Both the position numbers and the translations under genes were made by a program. DNA of 64,000 nt from Chloroflexota bacterium. Its GTDB lineage: Bacteria > Chloroflexota > UBA11872 > VXOZ01. Under the pieces are notes generated by a model. It did not search any database and was not told the origin of the DNA. It worked only from the letters and a program-made list of their open reading frames with translations. The stretch is taken from NCBI GenBank assembly GCA_964291655.2, contig OZ219802.1, positions 1,984,001-2,048,000 on the forward strand, in the 5' to 3' direction. Positions 1 through 12,338 of the stretch are shown in pieces (the first letter of the stretch is position 1; the number at the start of each line of letters is the position of its first letter).

Positions 1-663
1 GGCGGCACCGTGAGCGCCGCGGTCCCTCACGACGAAGCGGAAGCCACCACCTACGTGGCGGAGCTGCGCAAAGCGATTGAGGGCGAGCCGGAAGTGCTGC
101 TGGCGCTGAGCTACGCCGGCCATGCCACGATCTATTTGCGTGAGGCCATTGAGAACGACTTCATCACGAAGTTCCTCTTTGTGGACGGCACCAGATCGGA
201 AGAGATCATCAAGGCAGTGGGCGCTGAGAATCTTGAAGGCATGCTTGGCACGGCGCCGGGTTCTGCCGAAACCCCGTCGCTTGAGCTCTTCACGGCAGAC
301 TACCAGGCGAAATACGGCGAGTTACCGCCGCTGCCATTCATGACCAACGTCTATGACTCCATCGTCATCGCGGCGTTGGCGGCACTGGCGGCAGAGGTTT
401 CCGGCGCGGAGGTTACGCCGGCCGCAGTGCGTGACAAGCTGCGCACGGTTGCCAATCCAGACGGTGACACGGCGGCAGCGGGCGCGGCCGGTGTGAAGGC
501 CGCCATTGAAGCGCTGCGCGCGGGCGGCAGCATCAACTACGAAGGCGCCGCAGGCGCCCACGACTTTGATTCTGATGGCGACGTGGTCACGCCCATCGAA
601 GTCTGGAAGTATGCCGGCGGCACCATCGAGAGTGTGCGCACGGAGGAGGTCACGATAGAGTAG
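1..663 (+). CDS. ABC transporter substrate-binding protein (branched-chain amino acid / LivJ-like), 5' end outside window
   Basis: C-terminal periplasmic binding protein type 1 pattern: F.TNVYDS, INYEGAAG.HDFD.DGDV; frame open from window start. Confidence 0.8.
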   Translation, partial: GGTVSAAVPHDEAEATTYVAELRKAIEGEPEVLLALSYAGHATIYLREAIENDFITKFLFVDGTRSEEIIKAVGAENLEGMLGTAPGSAETPSLELFTADYQAKYGELPPLPFMTNVYDSIVIAALAALAAEVSGAEVTPAAVRDKLRTVANPDGDTAAAGAAGVKAAIEALRAGGSINYEGAAGAHDFDSDGDVVTPIEVWKYAGGTIESVRTEEVTIE

Positions 664-1097
664 TTCGGCTCCAATCCTACTTCGGTGTCACAAGTAAGGA
701 GGGCTGGCGATTCGCCAGCCCTCCGTGATTCTCACGGCATCCGTCAAGTGTCTGCCTGTTGCCATGGACTTTGAAAACGAAGAGCCGTTCGTGCTGAGCC
801 TGTCGAAGTACGAACGGTTCTTCAAGCTCACATTCCCTGTAAACCCATCGTAGCCAAACCGTAGCGCGGGGGCTTTTTCCCCACGCCGACTACCCTTGCG
901 CGACTTCGCATGCTCCCTCTCCCAAGACTGGGAGAGGGCTGGGGTGAGGGTTGAGAGTTGAAACTGCCCGTTGCGAGTGTGGGGCAAGCTATGTGGAGAG
1001 AGCAGCCAACACCCCGCAGAGTCTATAATCAAGGGAGGAATGTTGGCCCGAAGCCATTTCACTAATTACGGCAGCGCTACGGAGGAGAGACCACCGC

Positions 1098-1925
1098 ATG
1101 ACGACCAAGTACCTGTACGGCAAGATGACGTGGCCGGAAATCAAGGAAGCGGCGGCGCAGGAGCGCGTAGCCCTGCTGCCTACGGGGTGCATCGAGGACC
1201 ACGGCCCGCACTTGCCGCTGGATGTGGACGTGCTGCTCCCCACCACCATTTGCGAACGCGCGGCGGAATTGGTGCCGGACCAGTGCGTGGTGGTGCCGGC
1301 GGTCGCCCACGGCTACGATCCGCACCACCTCGACTTTCCCGGCGTGATCCACGTGGACGGCGACGTGTTCGTGCGCTATCTCGTGGATATCTGCACATCG
1401 CTCATCCACCATGGCTTTACGCGCATCATCATGCTGAACGGCCATGGTAGCAATACGGCCTTTACCGAGGTGGCCGCCCGCCTGGCAGTGATTGAGACCG
1501 ATGGCGTGGGGCTGGTCTATGCGCTGAATCACTGGGGCATCGCCGAGGTACGCAAGGTGGTGGCAGAACTACGGGATTCGCCCCACGGTGGCATGTCCCA
1601 CGGCGGCGAGCTGGAAACTAGCCTGTACCTCGCCATCGACCCCGAAAATGTCTATATGGACAAGGCGGCGGCGGAGATCCCGCCGGACGTGCCCATGAGC
1701 CTGGGTGGCTGGAACGACCTGGTCGCTGGGCGGTCTGAAGAGGCCAACCACGCGGTGGCCATGCCCTACTGGAGCACGTTTTCCAAGACCGGCGTGCGTG
1801 GCGATCCGACGGTAGCCACCGCTGAAAAAGGCCGGAAATTCCTGGAGGCAGGGGCCCGCGGCCTGGCACAAATGGTACGCGACTTGCGGCAGCTTGAAAT
1901 CAACCCGCGCGTGGACCATCATTAG
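1098..1925 (+). CDS. Creatininase / creatinine amidohydrolase family protein
   Basis: Motifs MTWPE, LPTGCIEDHGPHLPLD.D, NGHGSN, HGGELETS, G.RGDPT.ATAEKG; SD GGAGGAG upstream. Confidence 0.9.
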   Translation: MTTKYLYGKMTWPEIKEAAAQERVALLPTGCIEDHGPHLPLDVDVLLPTTICERAAELVPDQCVVVPAVAHGYDPHHLDFPGVIHVDGDVFVRYLVDICTSLIHHGFTRIIMLNGHGSNTAFTEVAARLAVIETDGVGLVYALNHWGIAEVRKVVAELRDSPHGGMSHGGELETSLYLAIDPENVYMDKAAAEIPPDVPMSLGGWNDLVAGRSEEANHAVAMPYWSTFSKTGVRGDPTVATAEKGRKFLEAGARGLAQMVRDLRQLEINPRVDHH

Positions 1926-2273
1926 TGCCGCCTCAGTCCTGCTATGGCAAAGAGCAGGACTCACTTCTTGTCCCCTCTCCCTCTGGGCTGACAGGGTAGG
2001 TATTCTATAATCGACTTTCACATGTCATTCCGAACGGAGCGCAGCGGAGTGAGGAATATCAAATACACCCTTGCCGGGGCGCATCCGGAGCGGACTCTAG
2101 ATTCCTCGCTGCGCTCGGAATGACAGTTTCATACCCCTGTCAGCTCCCTCTGGGAGAGGGCTAGGGTGAGGGGAAGACGATAGAACGACACTAAGCTGAA
2201 CAAGAACTACCGCCGTTGCCTGACATAGACCGTGCCTCCAACACGCGCATACAGCTAGAAGGAGAACCGCAAC

Positions 2274-3995
<1,722 letters not shown>

Positions 3996-4335
3996 GCAGC
4001 CTTTACTCCTGCCGCCGATGCAACGTGACTAGTGGCCTTGCTGAGGCCCGCCTCCACCCTTGGCGCTTCCACTTTAGTGAAGGTGTCGACCCGTGGGGGC
4101 ACGACTTGTCGTGCCCCTACCCCTGTGCGCCTGTGGTTGCGGTGATTTCAACCCTCACCCTGGCCCTCTCCCAAGATTGGGAGAGGGGACATTCGGAGCG
4201 AATTGCGATGGTTTCCAAGACAGGACGAAGAACGCGAGTATCTCCTGCGAACTCTCACTTTGAACTGGTCGGGCTTTGCTCGTGTTGGAGAAGAGCGGCT
4301 CTAATTGTTAGTCGCAATTTGAGGTATGGGGTAGA

Positions 4336-5715
4336 TCATCGCTCTGTCTGCTGGAGCGGATTTGCTGGCACAAGGTTGCCGTTGGCATCCAGTCGAATCA
4401 GGTCGCGCCGCTCAGTGCCGTCACGGGCTACCGTGTAGAGTTGGGGTGCTGAATGCATGTACTTGCTGTAGTCAATACCAGTCATGTAAATTGCAATCCG
4501 TGTGCTATCGGGTGACCATGCTGCATGTTGCCATCCTTCCAAGAACCCTGAGAGCTCCAAGCTGCGGAGGTCACTGCCGTCCGGTCCAACAATGTATTGC
4601 AAAGAGAGGAGAAGTTCTGATCCATCAGGTGACCACGAGACATGGGAGGCAAACTCCGCCACTCTCCGCAACTCCGTGCCGTCAAATCGCACCGTGTAGA
4701 CACCTCCAGGCTCACCCTCTTCGTTAGCCATTACAAAAACGAGATACTCCCCATCCGGCGACCACGACGGCAGAATCGGCGGCCCTGTACACGAATTGTA
4801 ATCGTACTTGCCTACTACCGCTGTATCTGCAATTCGCGTCATCTCAGAACCATCGACTCGCACAGTGAGTAGGGAGTATCCGAATCCATAGCTAATGGTT
4901 CCCTCTTCATCCATCGGTATAGTTCGTCCTACAAGGAGCGCTAAGCGTTCCCCGTCGGGTGACCACACTGGCGGTGCAAAGAATATGCTTCCCAACCATG
5001 CCTCTTCAGATTCCTCAACCTCTTCTCCTCGTTGCATTCTTTGAATTGAAATTTCTGCGGGTGTGTACCAAGATTCAACCCCTGCTTCTAGTGTTACTTT
5101 CCTCAGCGTGGATGCAGCCAATCGGACATCCGACCCGTCTGCCGCCATTGTGTACAGATCCAAAATGTGTTCATAAAAAGGAGGACGACGGATCGAAAGA
5201 AAAGCGATGCGGCTGCTATCGGGCGACCAGACAGGGTAGTGGTCAAGAACATGGTTCTCTGTAAGCCGCTGCTGCCCGGTACCATCAAGATTGATGACGA
5301 CTATCTCATAGTTATAGTTCTCTCGTTCTGAATACCTGACCGTACCCTCTGTGGAGAACTCGCAGGAGGAGTACACGATTCGGGATCCATCCGGCGATAA
5401 GTCGGCGTGGATACCGTACTTGAAGAATTCGCCTGGATTCGCATCTGCAACCATGTGTACCTGCGTGCCTTCAGCATCTACCACCCAAATGCCTGACCAA
5501 GCGTGATCGAATATGAGATGCGAGCCGTCGGGCGTCCAATCGAGGAAGTGATCGTAATGGGTCCATGGTGCTCCAAAAGAGAATGGTCCGCAATTAGAAA
5601 TCGAATGGTCTGGCGGCAACTGATCTACGTCTCCTTCCATGTTCCCGCAACTCGCAACACTTAGCGCCAGGGCAACTACCAAGACCGCTAGCAATTTCGA
5701 GATTTGTCGTCCCAC
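4336..5715 (-). CDS. TolB-like / PD40 beta-propeller lipoprotein
   Basis: Repeated WSPDG/WTPDG motifs; hydrophobic signal with lipobox VASC; GTG start at 5715 chosen (ORF open to 5802); lower GC than neighbours. Confidence 0.85.
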   Translation of the reverse strand: MGRQISKLLAVLVVALALSVASCGNMEGDVDQLPPDHSISNCGPFSFGAPWTHYDHFLDWTPDGSHLIFDHAWSGIWVVDAEGTQVHMVADANPGEFFKYGIHADLSPDGSRIVYSSCEFSTEGTVRYSERENYNYEIVVINLDGTGQQRLTENHVLDHYPVWSPDSSRIAFLSIRRPPFYEHILDLYTMAADGSDVRLAASTLRKVTLEAGVESWYTPAEISIQRMQRGEEVEESEEAWLGSIFFAPPVWSPDGERLALLVGRTIPMDEEGTISYGFGYSLLTVRVDGSEMTRIADTAVVGKYDYNSCTGPPILPSWSPDGEYLVFVMANEEGEPGGVYTVRFDGTELRRVAEFASHVSWSPDGSELLLSLQYIVGPDGSDLRSLELSGFLEGWQHAAWSPDSTRIAIYMTGIDYSKYMHSAPQLYTVARDGTERRDLIRLDANGNLVPANPLQQTER

Positions 5716-5808
5716 ATACCCACTCACTCTGTAAGTCCTATCTCCAGCCTGGTTGTAGACCTCATGAATCACCCAAACTCCCAGGCATGCTGCTGCCTTC
5801 ACACGTTC

Positions 5809-6876
5809 CTAAGTTGCTGCCAGGGTGGCTTCCATGCGGCGGCCGAGGGCGGTGACGCCGAAGAGGAACACGGCGCAGATGGCGAAGCCGATAGCGAGTT
5901 CCACCCACACGTCGGCGAGGCCCGCGCCGCGGATGGCGATGTCGAACAGCGGGGAGAGGAAGTAGTAGGTGGGGAAGATCTTCGCGATCCACTGGGGCAG
6001 GTTGGGCCAGATGAAGAAGACCACGGGCGCGAGCAGCACGATGGCGCCGGACTTCCAGATGGTGTAGAGCGCTTTCGTATCTTTGGCGAAGGAGCCCAGC
6101 ATCAGGCCGACCTCCACCGCCATGAGCGTGGCGAGCACGAGCACGAGGAGCAGCGCGGCGGTGTTGGTACCGAGCGCGCCGTTCAATGCCAGGGTCACGA
6201 CGCCGGTCGCCATCGCCAGGATGAAGCCCAGCGCGCCCTTGCCGAGCAGGACGTCACCCAGACTGGTCGGCGTCACGAGCAGTGCGGTGAGCGTCCGTTT
6301 TTCCTTTTCTTCCACGAGGCTTGTCGCCGGTGTCAAAGCCCCCGCAATGAGCACCGCCATGAGCACGATCAACGGCAGCAGGCGCGATACCAGCGGCACG
6401 GACTCGCCATCGCCGACGGTGACGGTCTCCACCTCAATCGGCGCGGGAGAGCCCGCCACCTCGCGGATGAGGTCGACCATGGTCACTCCCAGCACGACGC
6501 GGTTCGCGGCCAGGCTCTGGCCGCCAAAGAAGAACTGCACGTTGGGCATCTGACCGGCCTGCAGCGCGCCATCGAAGCCCGTGGGCAGCACGAGGCCGGC
6601 GTCCAGGTCGTTGTTCTCCACCAGCGTCTTTAAAGCGGCGGCGGACTCCGGAAACGTCACCTGAACGCCCTCGATCTCTTGAACGTTCTGCACAATTTGC
6701 GAATCACCCTCATCCACGATGCCGAGCCGGGGCGCGGGATCGAAGAGACTGCCGAACACCACGCGAATGAGGAGCGTGAGGATCACGGGCAGGGCGATGG
6801 CATAGAGAAAGATGGGCGAGCGCGGCCCGACGCCCAAGTCCTTGCGCAACAGGTGCCACGCGTGCACTCCGACCAT
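5809..6876 (-). CDS. ABC-2 type transporter permease
   Basis: EEKEKRTL.ALL.TP motif, multiple TM segments. Confidence 0.9.
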   Translation of the reverse strand: MVGVHAWHLLRKDLGVGPRSPIFLYAIALPVILTLLIRVVFGSLFDPAPRLGIVDEGDSQIVQNVQEIEGVQVTFPESAAALKTLVENNDLDAGLVLPTGFDGALQAGQMPNVQFFFGGQSLAANRVVLGVTMVDLIREVAGSPAPIEVETVTVGDGESVPLVSRLLPLIVLMAVLIAGALTPATSLVEEKEKRTLTALLVTPTSLGDVLLGKGALGFILAMATGVVTLALNGALGTNTAALLLVLVLATLMAVEVGLMLGSFAKDTKALYTIWKSGAIVLLAPVVFFIWPNLPQWIAKIFPTYYFLSPLFDIAIRGAGLADVWVELAIGFAICAVFLFGVTALGRRMEATLAAT

Positions 6877-7140
6877 GATGTCTCCGCCTTTCGCTCTAAT
6901 TCCTTGTAGCGCGGGGAAAAGACCCCGCTCCTATCCCTGTTTCCTATTGTTCCAGTTCGGCTTACGCCTTTCACCCTTCGACAGGCTCAGAGCCTGCCCC
7001 GTACCGGATACGGGGGCTAACGGTATGTGTCAGACTTAAGGCTAAGGGCATCAACCGGCCCTCTGCACGGCCCTAAGCCTGCCAAAGAATCTCCAACACA
7101 GTCTCCCGGTAACGCGGGGGCTTGTCCCCCGCCTCTTGGT

Positions 7141-8277
7141 CTACAGCGTTTCCACTTTTCTCTTCAGCACAACCAGCCCTACCGCAAAAGCAATCACACA
7201 CCACCCCAACGCCGTGCCAAGGTGCGGCAGAACCTCCGGCCAACCGGCATTGTAGGCACTGGACTGCACCACTGCCTGCACCAGACCGTACGACGGCAAG
7301 ATCTTCACCCACGCCGCAGCCGTGCCGGGAAAGAGCACGGCAATTGCGGGAATCATGAGCGGAATCATGAATGCCATGCCGTAGAAGAGCGTTTCGATGA
7401 AGTCCTTGCCCGCTGAACCGGCAATCAGGCCGAAACCGGTCACCAGCACCGCCCCCAGCAGGATTGCGGCCAACAGGATGAGCGGCTGGTTGGCGAACGA
7501 GCCGATAATAAGCAGCAGGAGCACCGCTTGCACAAAGGCCATGCCCGTGCCCAGGATGCCCTTGGCCGCCAGGAAGTCCGAGACTCGCGTCGGCGAAACG
7601 AGCACGGCCGTCACCGTACGCGCCTGAATCTCGGTGGCTATGAGCGCACTCAGGGCAAAGGTCTCGATGACGAGCGCCAAGACCGCAAAGAGCGGGCGAA
7701 TCTTCTCGCGAAACGGTACCTGATCGCCCACGCGGTCTTCGCCGAGCACGATCACCTCGCGGTCAGGATCGGCAACCGGCAGCGGGTTGCCCGACAGCGC
7801 ATAGGCAATCTCGCGGACAAAGCTCTCCATGGCGCTGCGCAACTCTGCCGGCACGTTGGCGTCCACATAAACGCGCACCGTCGTTTGCTCTCCGGCGGCG
7901 ACGCGCTGCAGGAAGTCATCAGGGAAGGCCAGTCCTATGGCGAGCGGCTGTTCCGGCTCCGCGCCGCCCATGCCGAGGGCAGCCTCCAACGCCGCCACGG
8001 ACTCAAACTGCACAATCTCGATCCCAGCGCCCTGTTCTCCCATGGCCTCAGCGAAAACCGCGTCCATGCCCGTCTGGCGTATGCCCACAGTGAACGACTC
8101 GTCCACGCTGCTCGGCATGAGCCAGAACGCAATGCCGTAGATCACGACGCTAATGACCGTAATCACCACAAAGAACCGTTCGCGGCTATACTCGCGCAAG
8201 TCCTTGCGGAGAATCGCCCAGATGATGGCGGCGCGCGATACCTGGGCACTCATGCTAGACGTCCTCTGTTCATCCAC
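7141..8277 (-). CDS. ABC-2 type transporter permease
   Basis: Paralogous to 5809..6876; E...RT..AVL.SP motif, TM segments. Confidence 0.9.
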   Translation of the reverse strand: MDEQRTSSMSAQVSRAAIIWAILRKDLREYSRERFFVVITVISVVIYGIAFWLMPSSVDESFTVGIRQTGMDAVFAEAMGEQGAGIEIVQFESVAALEAALGMGGAEPEQPLAIGLAFPDDFLQRVAAGEQTTVRVYVDANVPAELRSAMESFVREIAYALSGNPLPVADPDREVIVLGEDRVGDQVPFREKIRPLFAVLALVIETFALSALIATEIQARTVTAVLVSPTRVSDFLAAKGILGTGMAFVQAVLLLLIIGSFANQPLILLAAILLGAVLVTGFGLIAGSAGKDFIETLFYGMAFMIPLMIPAIAVLFPGTAAAWVKILPSYGLVQAVVQSSAYNAGWPEVLPHLGTALGWCVIAFAVGLVVLKRKVETL

Positions 8278-8365
8278 GCTTGCCGTTCTTTACGCGTCAA
8301 CTTTTGCAGTCCCTTGCCTGTCATCCACGTAGTCCCCTGGCAAAGAGCATTCTTCTCTCAGTTCG

Positions 8366-9229
8366 TTATTCTTGCAGCCCCCTGCCCGTGAGGGTGATGA
8401 ATACGGCTTCCAGGGTGGCCTCTTCCGTATGGATCGTAAGCAGGCCCTCCGCGCCCACCACGGCTTTCAGTTGGTCGCCGGTGTCGCTGGCATCGAGCGG
8501 CACCACCTGCTCGCGGATTTCGCCATTCTCGCGGGTGCGCACCCGCACCGACCGCTGGCCATGAGCGAGCTTGAGGTTCTCCGGCGTGTCCAAGGCAGCG
8601 ATCTGGCCGTCGTTGATGAAGGCCACGCGGTCCGAGAGCTTGTCCGCCTCGTCCATGTCGTGGGTGGTGAGCAGTATCGCCGCGCCGCGCTCGGCTTCTT
8701 CCTCGATGACGCGCCGGATGGCCTGCGAGGAGACCGGATCGAGCCCGTCGGTGGGTTCGTCGAGGAAGAGGATATCGGGATTGTTCAGCAGGCACCGGGC
8801 GACCATGAGTCGCTGCTGCATGCCTTTGGAGTAGTCCTTCACGCGGTCGTCGGCGCGGTCAGCCAGGCCCACTCGCTGCAGGAGCGGCGTGGGATCGAAA
8901 TCGCGTATGCCAAAGAGCCTGGCAAAGAAACGCAGGTTCTCCTTGGCGGAGAGATTGAGATAGAGGTTCTTTTCCTCAAAGCAGACGCCGATACGGCCTT
9001 GTATGGCGTCACGGTCCTTGGCAACATCCATGCCAAGTATGGCAATCTCGCCGCTCTGCGGGCGCACTTGGCCGGTGAGCAACTTGATCGTGGTGGACTT
9101 GCCCGCGCCGTTCGGTCCCAGGAAGCCCAAGACTTCGCCTTGCGCGACGCTGAAGCTGATGTCATCCACCGCTTTCACGTCGCCATAGGCAAAACTGACG
9201 CCTGCCACGCGAATGGCTGCCTCACTCAT
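8366..9229 (-). CDS. ABC-2 transporter ATP-binding protein
   Basis: Walker A GPNGAGKST, signature YSKGMQQR, Walker B LFLDEPT. Confidence 0.95.
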   Translation of the reverse strand: MSEAAIRVAGVSFAYGDVKAVDDISFSVAQGEVLGFLGPNGAGKSTTIKLLTGQVRPQSGEIAILGMDVAKDRDAIQGRIGVCFEEKNLYLNLSAKENLRFFARLFGIRDFDPTPLLQRVGLADRADDRVKDYSKGMQQRLMVARCLLNNPDILFLDEPTDGLDPVSSQAIRRVIEEEAERGAAILLTTHDMDEADKLSDRVAFINDGQIAALDTPENLKLAHGQRSVRVRTRENGEIREQVVPLDASDTGDQLKAVVGAEGLLTIHTEEATLEAVFITLTGRGLQE

Positions 9230-9810
9230 GTGCTGTTTCTCCTTTGCCCCGACAAGGGCGGAACATCCTTAGCCGCAAAGGGGCCCAAAAACGGCTCGTC
9301 ACTCACGCGCGAACCACCCAACGTCCCGTCATTCGTATGTTGAAAGAGGCGGGCATATGGGCGAATGTAAGAAAGTAACGCAAGGGGCGCGTCGTCCGTC
9401 ATTCCCGCGAAAGCGGGAATCCATCTTCTCTCTTCATCCGAGTGCAGAGCACTCCCAGGGGCGGGGAACAAGCCCCCGCGCTACATTGATTCTCCATTGC
9501 ACCCAGTAGAAATCTCCTGCCGCAATGCAGTTCGTCATTGCCCCTCGCCAGTCAAGCATTGTCCCGTCTTGTCCCGCGCAAGCGGGAACCCATCCTTTGG
9601 CGCCTTTTGCGCACGGTACATGCTATGGAACGGTGCAGTAGCCGCTGCGCAACATTGCTCTTTTCCTGCACGCGAAGCGTTCTAAGAGGCGGGGGACAAG
9701 CCCCCGCGCTACGAGGAGCTTGTGATCCCTCACCCGAACCCTCTGCCCAAGGAGAGAGAATTACCTTGTAATGCGGGACATCCTTTTGCGTAGACTCTAT
9801 CATGAAATGT

Positions 9811-10446
9811 TCAGAAATTCGGCAGAATTCGCCAAATTGCGTTGGCAACCTTGTCGGCCCCGAGCGCCGCGCTCACCACACGCCAGCGGTCGGGGTCCGA
9901 TTCGGCGAGTGCGTGGAAGCCGGCGGCAACCTTAAGGTGAAATTCCACGTCGAGGCTGTCCATGCGATTGGTCGATCCGTCGCCGCCAGCGCCGAAGCGA
10001 CGCTGCAGCCCGTCCTCCACTGGCAGATCGAGCAGAATCGTTAGGTCGGGCACAAGGCCGCCGGTAGCAAATTGATTGAGCGTGCGCAGCGTTGCCAGGT
10101 CTTGGCCGCGACCAAAGCCCTGATACGCAAAGGTCGAATCGCTGTAGCGGTCGCAAATGACGACGTGCCCGGAGTCGAGCGCCGGTCGGATGACCTCGTG
10201 CACAAGCTGTGCCCGCGCGGCGCACATGAGCAGCGCTTCTGTGTGGGGATGGATCTCGACGTTTTGCCGGTCGAGCACAACGCCGCGAATGCGGTCGCTG
10301 ATGGGCGTGCCGCCTGGCTCGCGGGTGGTTACCACCGTGCGGCCGGCCTGCCGCAAACGCTCGGCAAGCCGCTCTACCTGGGTGGTCTTGCCGGAACCTT
10401 CCACGCCCTCGAACGTTATAAAGTAGCCCTGCGGGGTGTCTGCCAT
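9811..10446 (-). CDS. tmk: Thymidylate kinase
   Basis: FITFEGVEGSGKTTQ, TREPGGT, DRYSDSTFAYQG; start trimmed to ATG 10446. Confidence 0.95.
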   Translation of the reverse strand: MADTPQGYFITFEGVEGSGKTTQVERLAERLRQAGRTVVTTREPGGTPISDRIRGVVLDRQNVEIHPHTEALLMCAARAQLVHEVIRPALDSGHVVICDRYSDSTFAYQGFGRGQDLATLRTLNQFATGGLVPDLTILLDLPVEDGLQRRFGAGGDGSTNRMDSLDVEFHLKVAAGFHALAESDPDRWRVVSAALGADKVANAIWRILPNF

Positions 10447-10484
10447 ACGATCTCCATCCCACATTCGCTTTGGACTGTTATTCC

Positions 10485-10707
10485 TGTAAGTGTTGAGTAA
10501 TTCGTTGACAGAATTCTCTCTCAAATTGGCAGTGTTGACAGATCATGTCATTCCGAGCGGAGCGAGGAATCTAGAGTCCCTGCTCAGCACTCTAGATTCC
10601 TCACTCCGCTACGCTTCGTTCGGAATGACATGTGTACTAGTCATGACTAACACTGCGAAAGGTTGCTTTTCTTCTCAAATCTGTCAACGAATTACCTGAC
10701 ATTTACA
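10485..10707. mobile_element. MITE, TGTAAGTG-ended family (copy 1)
   Basis: ~28-bp terminal inverted repeats TGTAAGTGTTGAGTAATTCGTTGACAGA / TCTGTCAACGAATTACCTGACATTTACA enclosing a GTCATTCCGAGCG...CGGAATGAC palindrome pair. Confidence 0.8.
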
Positions 10708-10844
10708 GGAATGACATGTACGGTCGACACAGTCCAGTGAGTAGACGCTTTTCTCAACGAATTACGCAACACATACCGGAATGACTTTGGCTGTCAGCGA
10801 ATTTCGCAACGCATACAGGAGAGACATTTGTCGGACGCCATGCG

Positions 10845-12278
10845 TTACACTCCCGCCAGTGCACGCGCCACTTGGATGAGCGCCTGCACCCGTTCAGGGG
10901 AGTCTGCCTCGGCGTAGATGCGCATGATCGGCTCCGTGCCGGAGAAGCGGACGCACACCCACGCGCCGTCGCGCAGCGTATAGTGAAACCCATCTTCTGT
11001 GCGGCGTGCGACGACTTCGCCATTCGCGATTTTCGTCGGCACGTGCGCTTGCATGCGCGCCGTGATGTTTTCCCGCTCCTCCTGCGGGAAGTCGAGGTCC
11101 AGGCGATCGTAGCAGTGGGGACCCACCAGACTGAACAGGTGTTCCACTAGATCCGTGGGCGCGCGGCCGGACTGCACCACGTAATCCAGCAGGAATAGCC
11201 CCGCCAAAATGCCGTCGCGTTCCGGCACATGGCCGCGAAAGGCGTAGCCGCCGCTTTCCTCGCCGCCCAGCAGCGCGTCAGTCTCCAGCATCTTCGGGGC
11301 CACGAATTTAAAGCCCACCGGCGTTTCGTGCACGGGCACGTTGAAGTGCTCGCCAAGGCGGTTGAGCATGGAACTGGACGTGAACGTCTTGACTATCGGT
11401 CCGCGCTGACCGCGCACTTCGAGCAGATAGAGCGCCAAAAGCGACATAACCGTAAGTTGATTCAGGAATTCACCTTTTTCATCACAAGCGCCGAGGCGGT
11501 CGGCATCGCCGTCGGTTGCGAGACCTAACCGCGCCCCCATTCTCGGTACCAGGCTGAAGAGGTCCTGCAGGTTTCCCGGTATCGGTTCCGGGTTGTGCAT
11601 GTTGGGGAACATGGGATTGCGTCTGTTATGGAGATCAAACACCCGCAGGGAGCCGCCTTGCAGGATGTTGCTGAACCAATTGCATCCGGCGCCATACATG
11701 GCGTCTACCACCAGCGTGCCGTCCCAAGCGCGCAGACCCTCGAGATCGAGCAGTTTACTTATGTGCGTCAGGTACGCCGGCGCGGGGTCAAACTGCTCGT
11801 GGAGGCCCTGACTCTGCGCTTCGGCAAGTGACAGCGAGCGCACGTCGCGGGGATGCAGCGTGCTCACGATCTCCTCAATTTCGGCCAGTTCCTCCGGCGG
11901 AGTTGCACCGCCGTACGCGGAACGTACCTTGTATCCCTGGTAGTCGAAGGGGTTGTGACTTGCCGTGAGGGTGATTCCGCCGCCGGCCCGGCGGTTGACG
12001 ATGGCGTGGGCGAAGACCGGCGTAGGCGTGGGCACATCGGCAAGAGCAACCGGAATGCCGTTGCCGACCAGCACCTCGGCTGCGGCCGCGGCAAACATCT
12101 CGGCATTGAACCGGGTATCGTAGGCTACGACCAAGCCGCGTTCCGCCGCTTCCGGTTGGGCCTTCAGCCAATGCTGCGCGACCGCCTGCGTAAGCAAACG
12201 CACGTTTTCGACGGTGTAGTCGTCGCCGATTACGGCGCGCCAACCGTCGGTACCAAATCTAATTGCTGATGAACCCAT
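10845..12278 (-). CDS. Phosphoglucomutase/phosphomannomutase
   Basis: FGTDGWR, TASHNP, DGDADR, GEESGG, RFSGTEP. Confidence 0.95.
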   Translation of the reverse strand: MGSSAIRFGTDGWRAVIGDDYTVENVRLLTQAVAQHWLKAQPEAAERGLVVAYDTRFNAEMFAAAAAEVLVGNGIPVALADVPTPTPVFAHAIVNRRAGGGITLTASHNPFDYQGYKVRSAYGGATPPEELAEIEEIVSTLHPRDVRSLSLAEAQSQGLHEQFDPAPAYLTHISKLLDLEGLRAWDGTLVVDAMYGAGCNWFSNILQGGSLRVFDLHNRRNPMFPNMHNPEPIPGNLQDLFSLVPRMGARLGLATDGDADRLGACDEKGEFLNQLTVMSLLALYLLEVRGQRGPIVKTFTSSSMLNRLGEHFNVPVHETPVGFKFVAPKMLETDALLGGEESGGYAFRGHVPERDGILAGLFLLDYVVQSGRAPTDLVEHLFSLVGPHCYDRLDLDFPQEERENITARMQAHVPTKIANGEVVARRTEDGFHYTLRDGAWVCVRFSGTEPIMRIYAEADSPERVQALIQVARALAGV

Positions 12279-12338
12279 ATTGGTTTCAGTGCTCCTTAAC
12301 AGAGATGGCAGGAAGTGTGCTCATTGTATTCGTGTGTT

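Noticed and set aside
1098-1925. Mycofactocin (mftE) cluster
   Set aside because: Creatininase-family gene only; no mftA/B/C neighbours in the window
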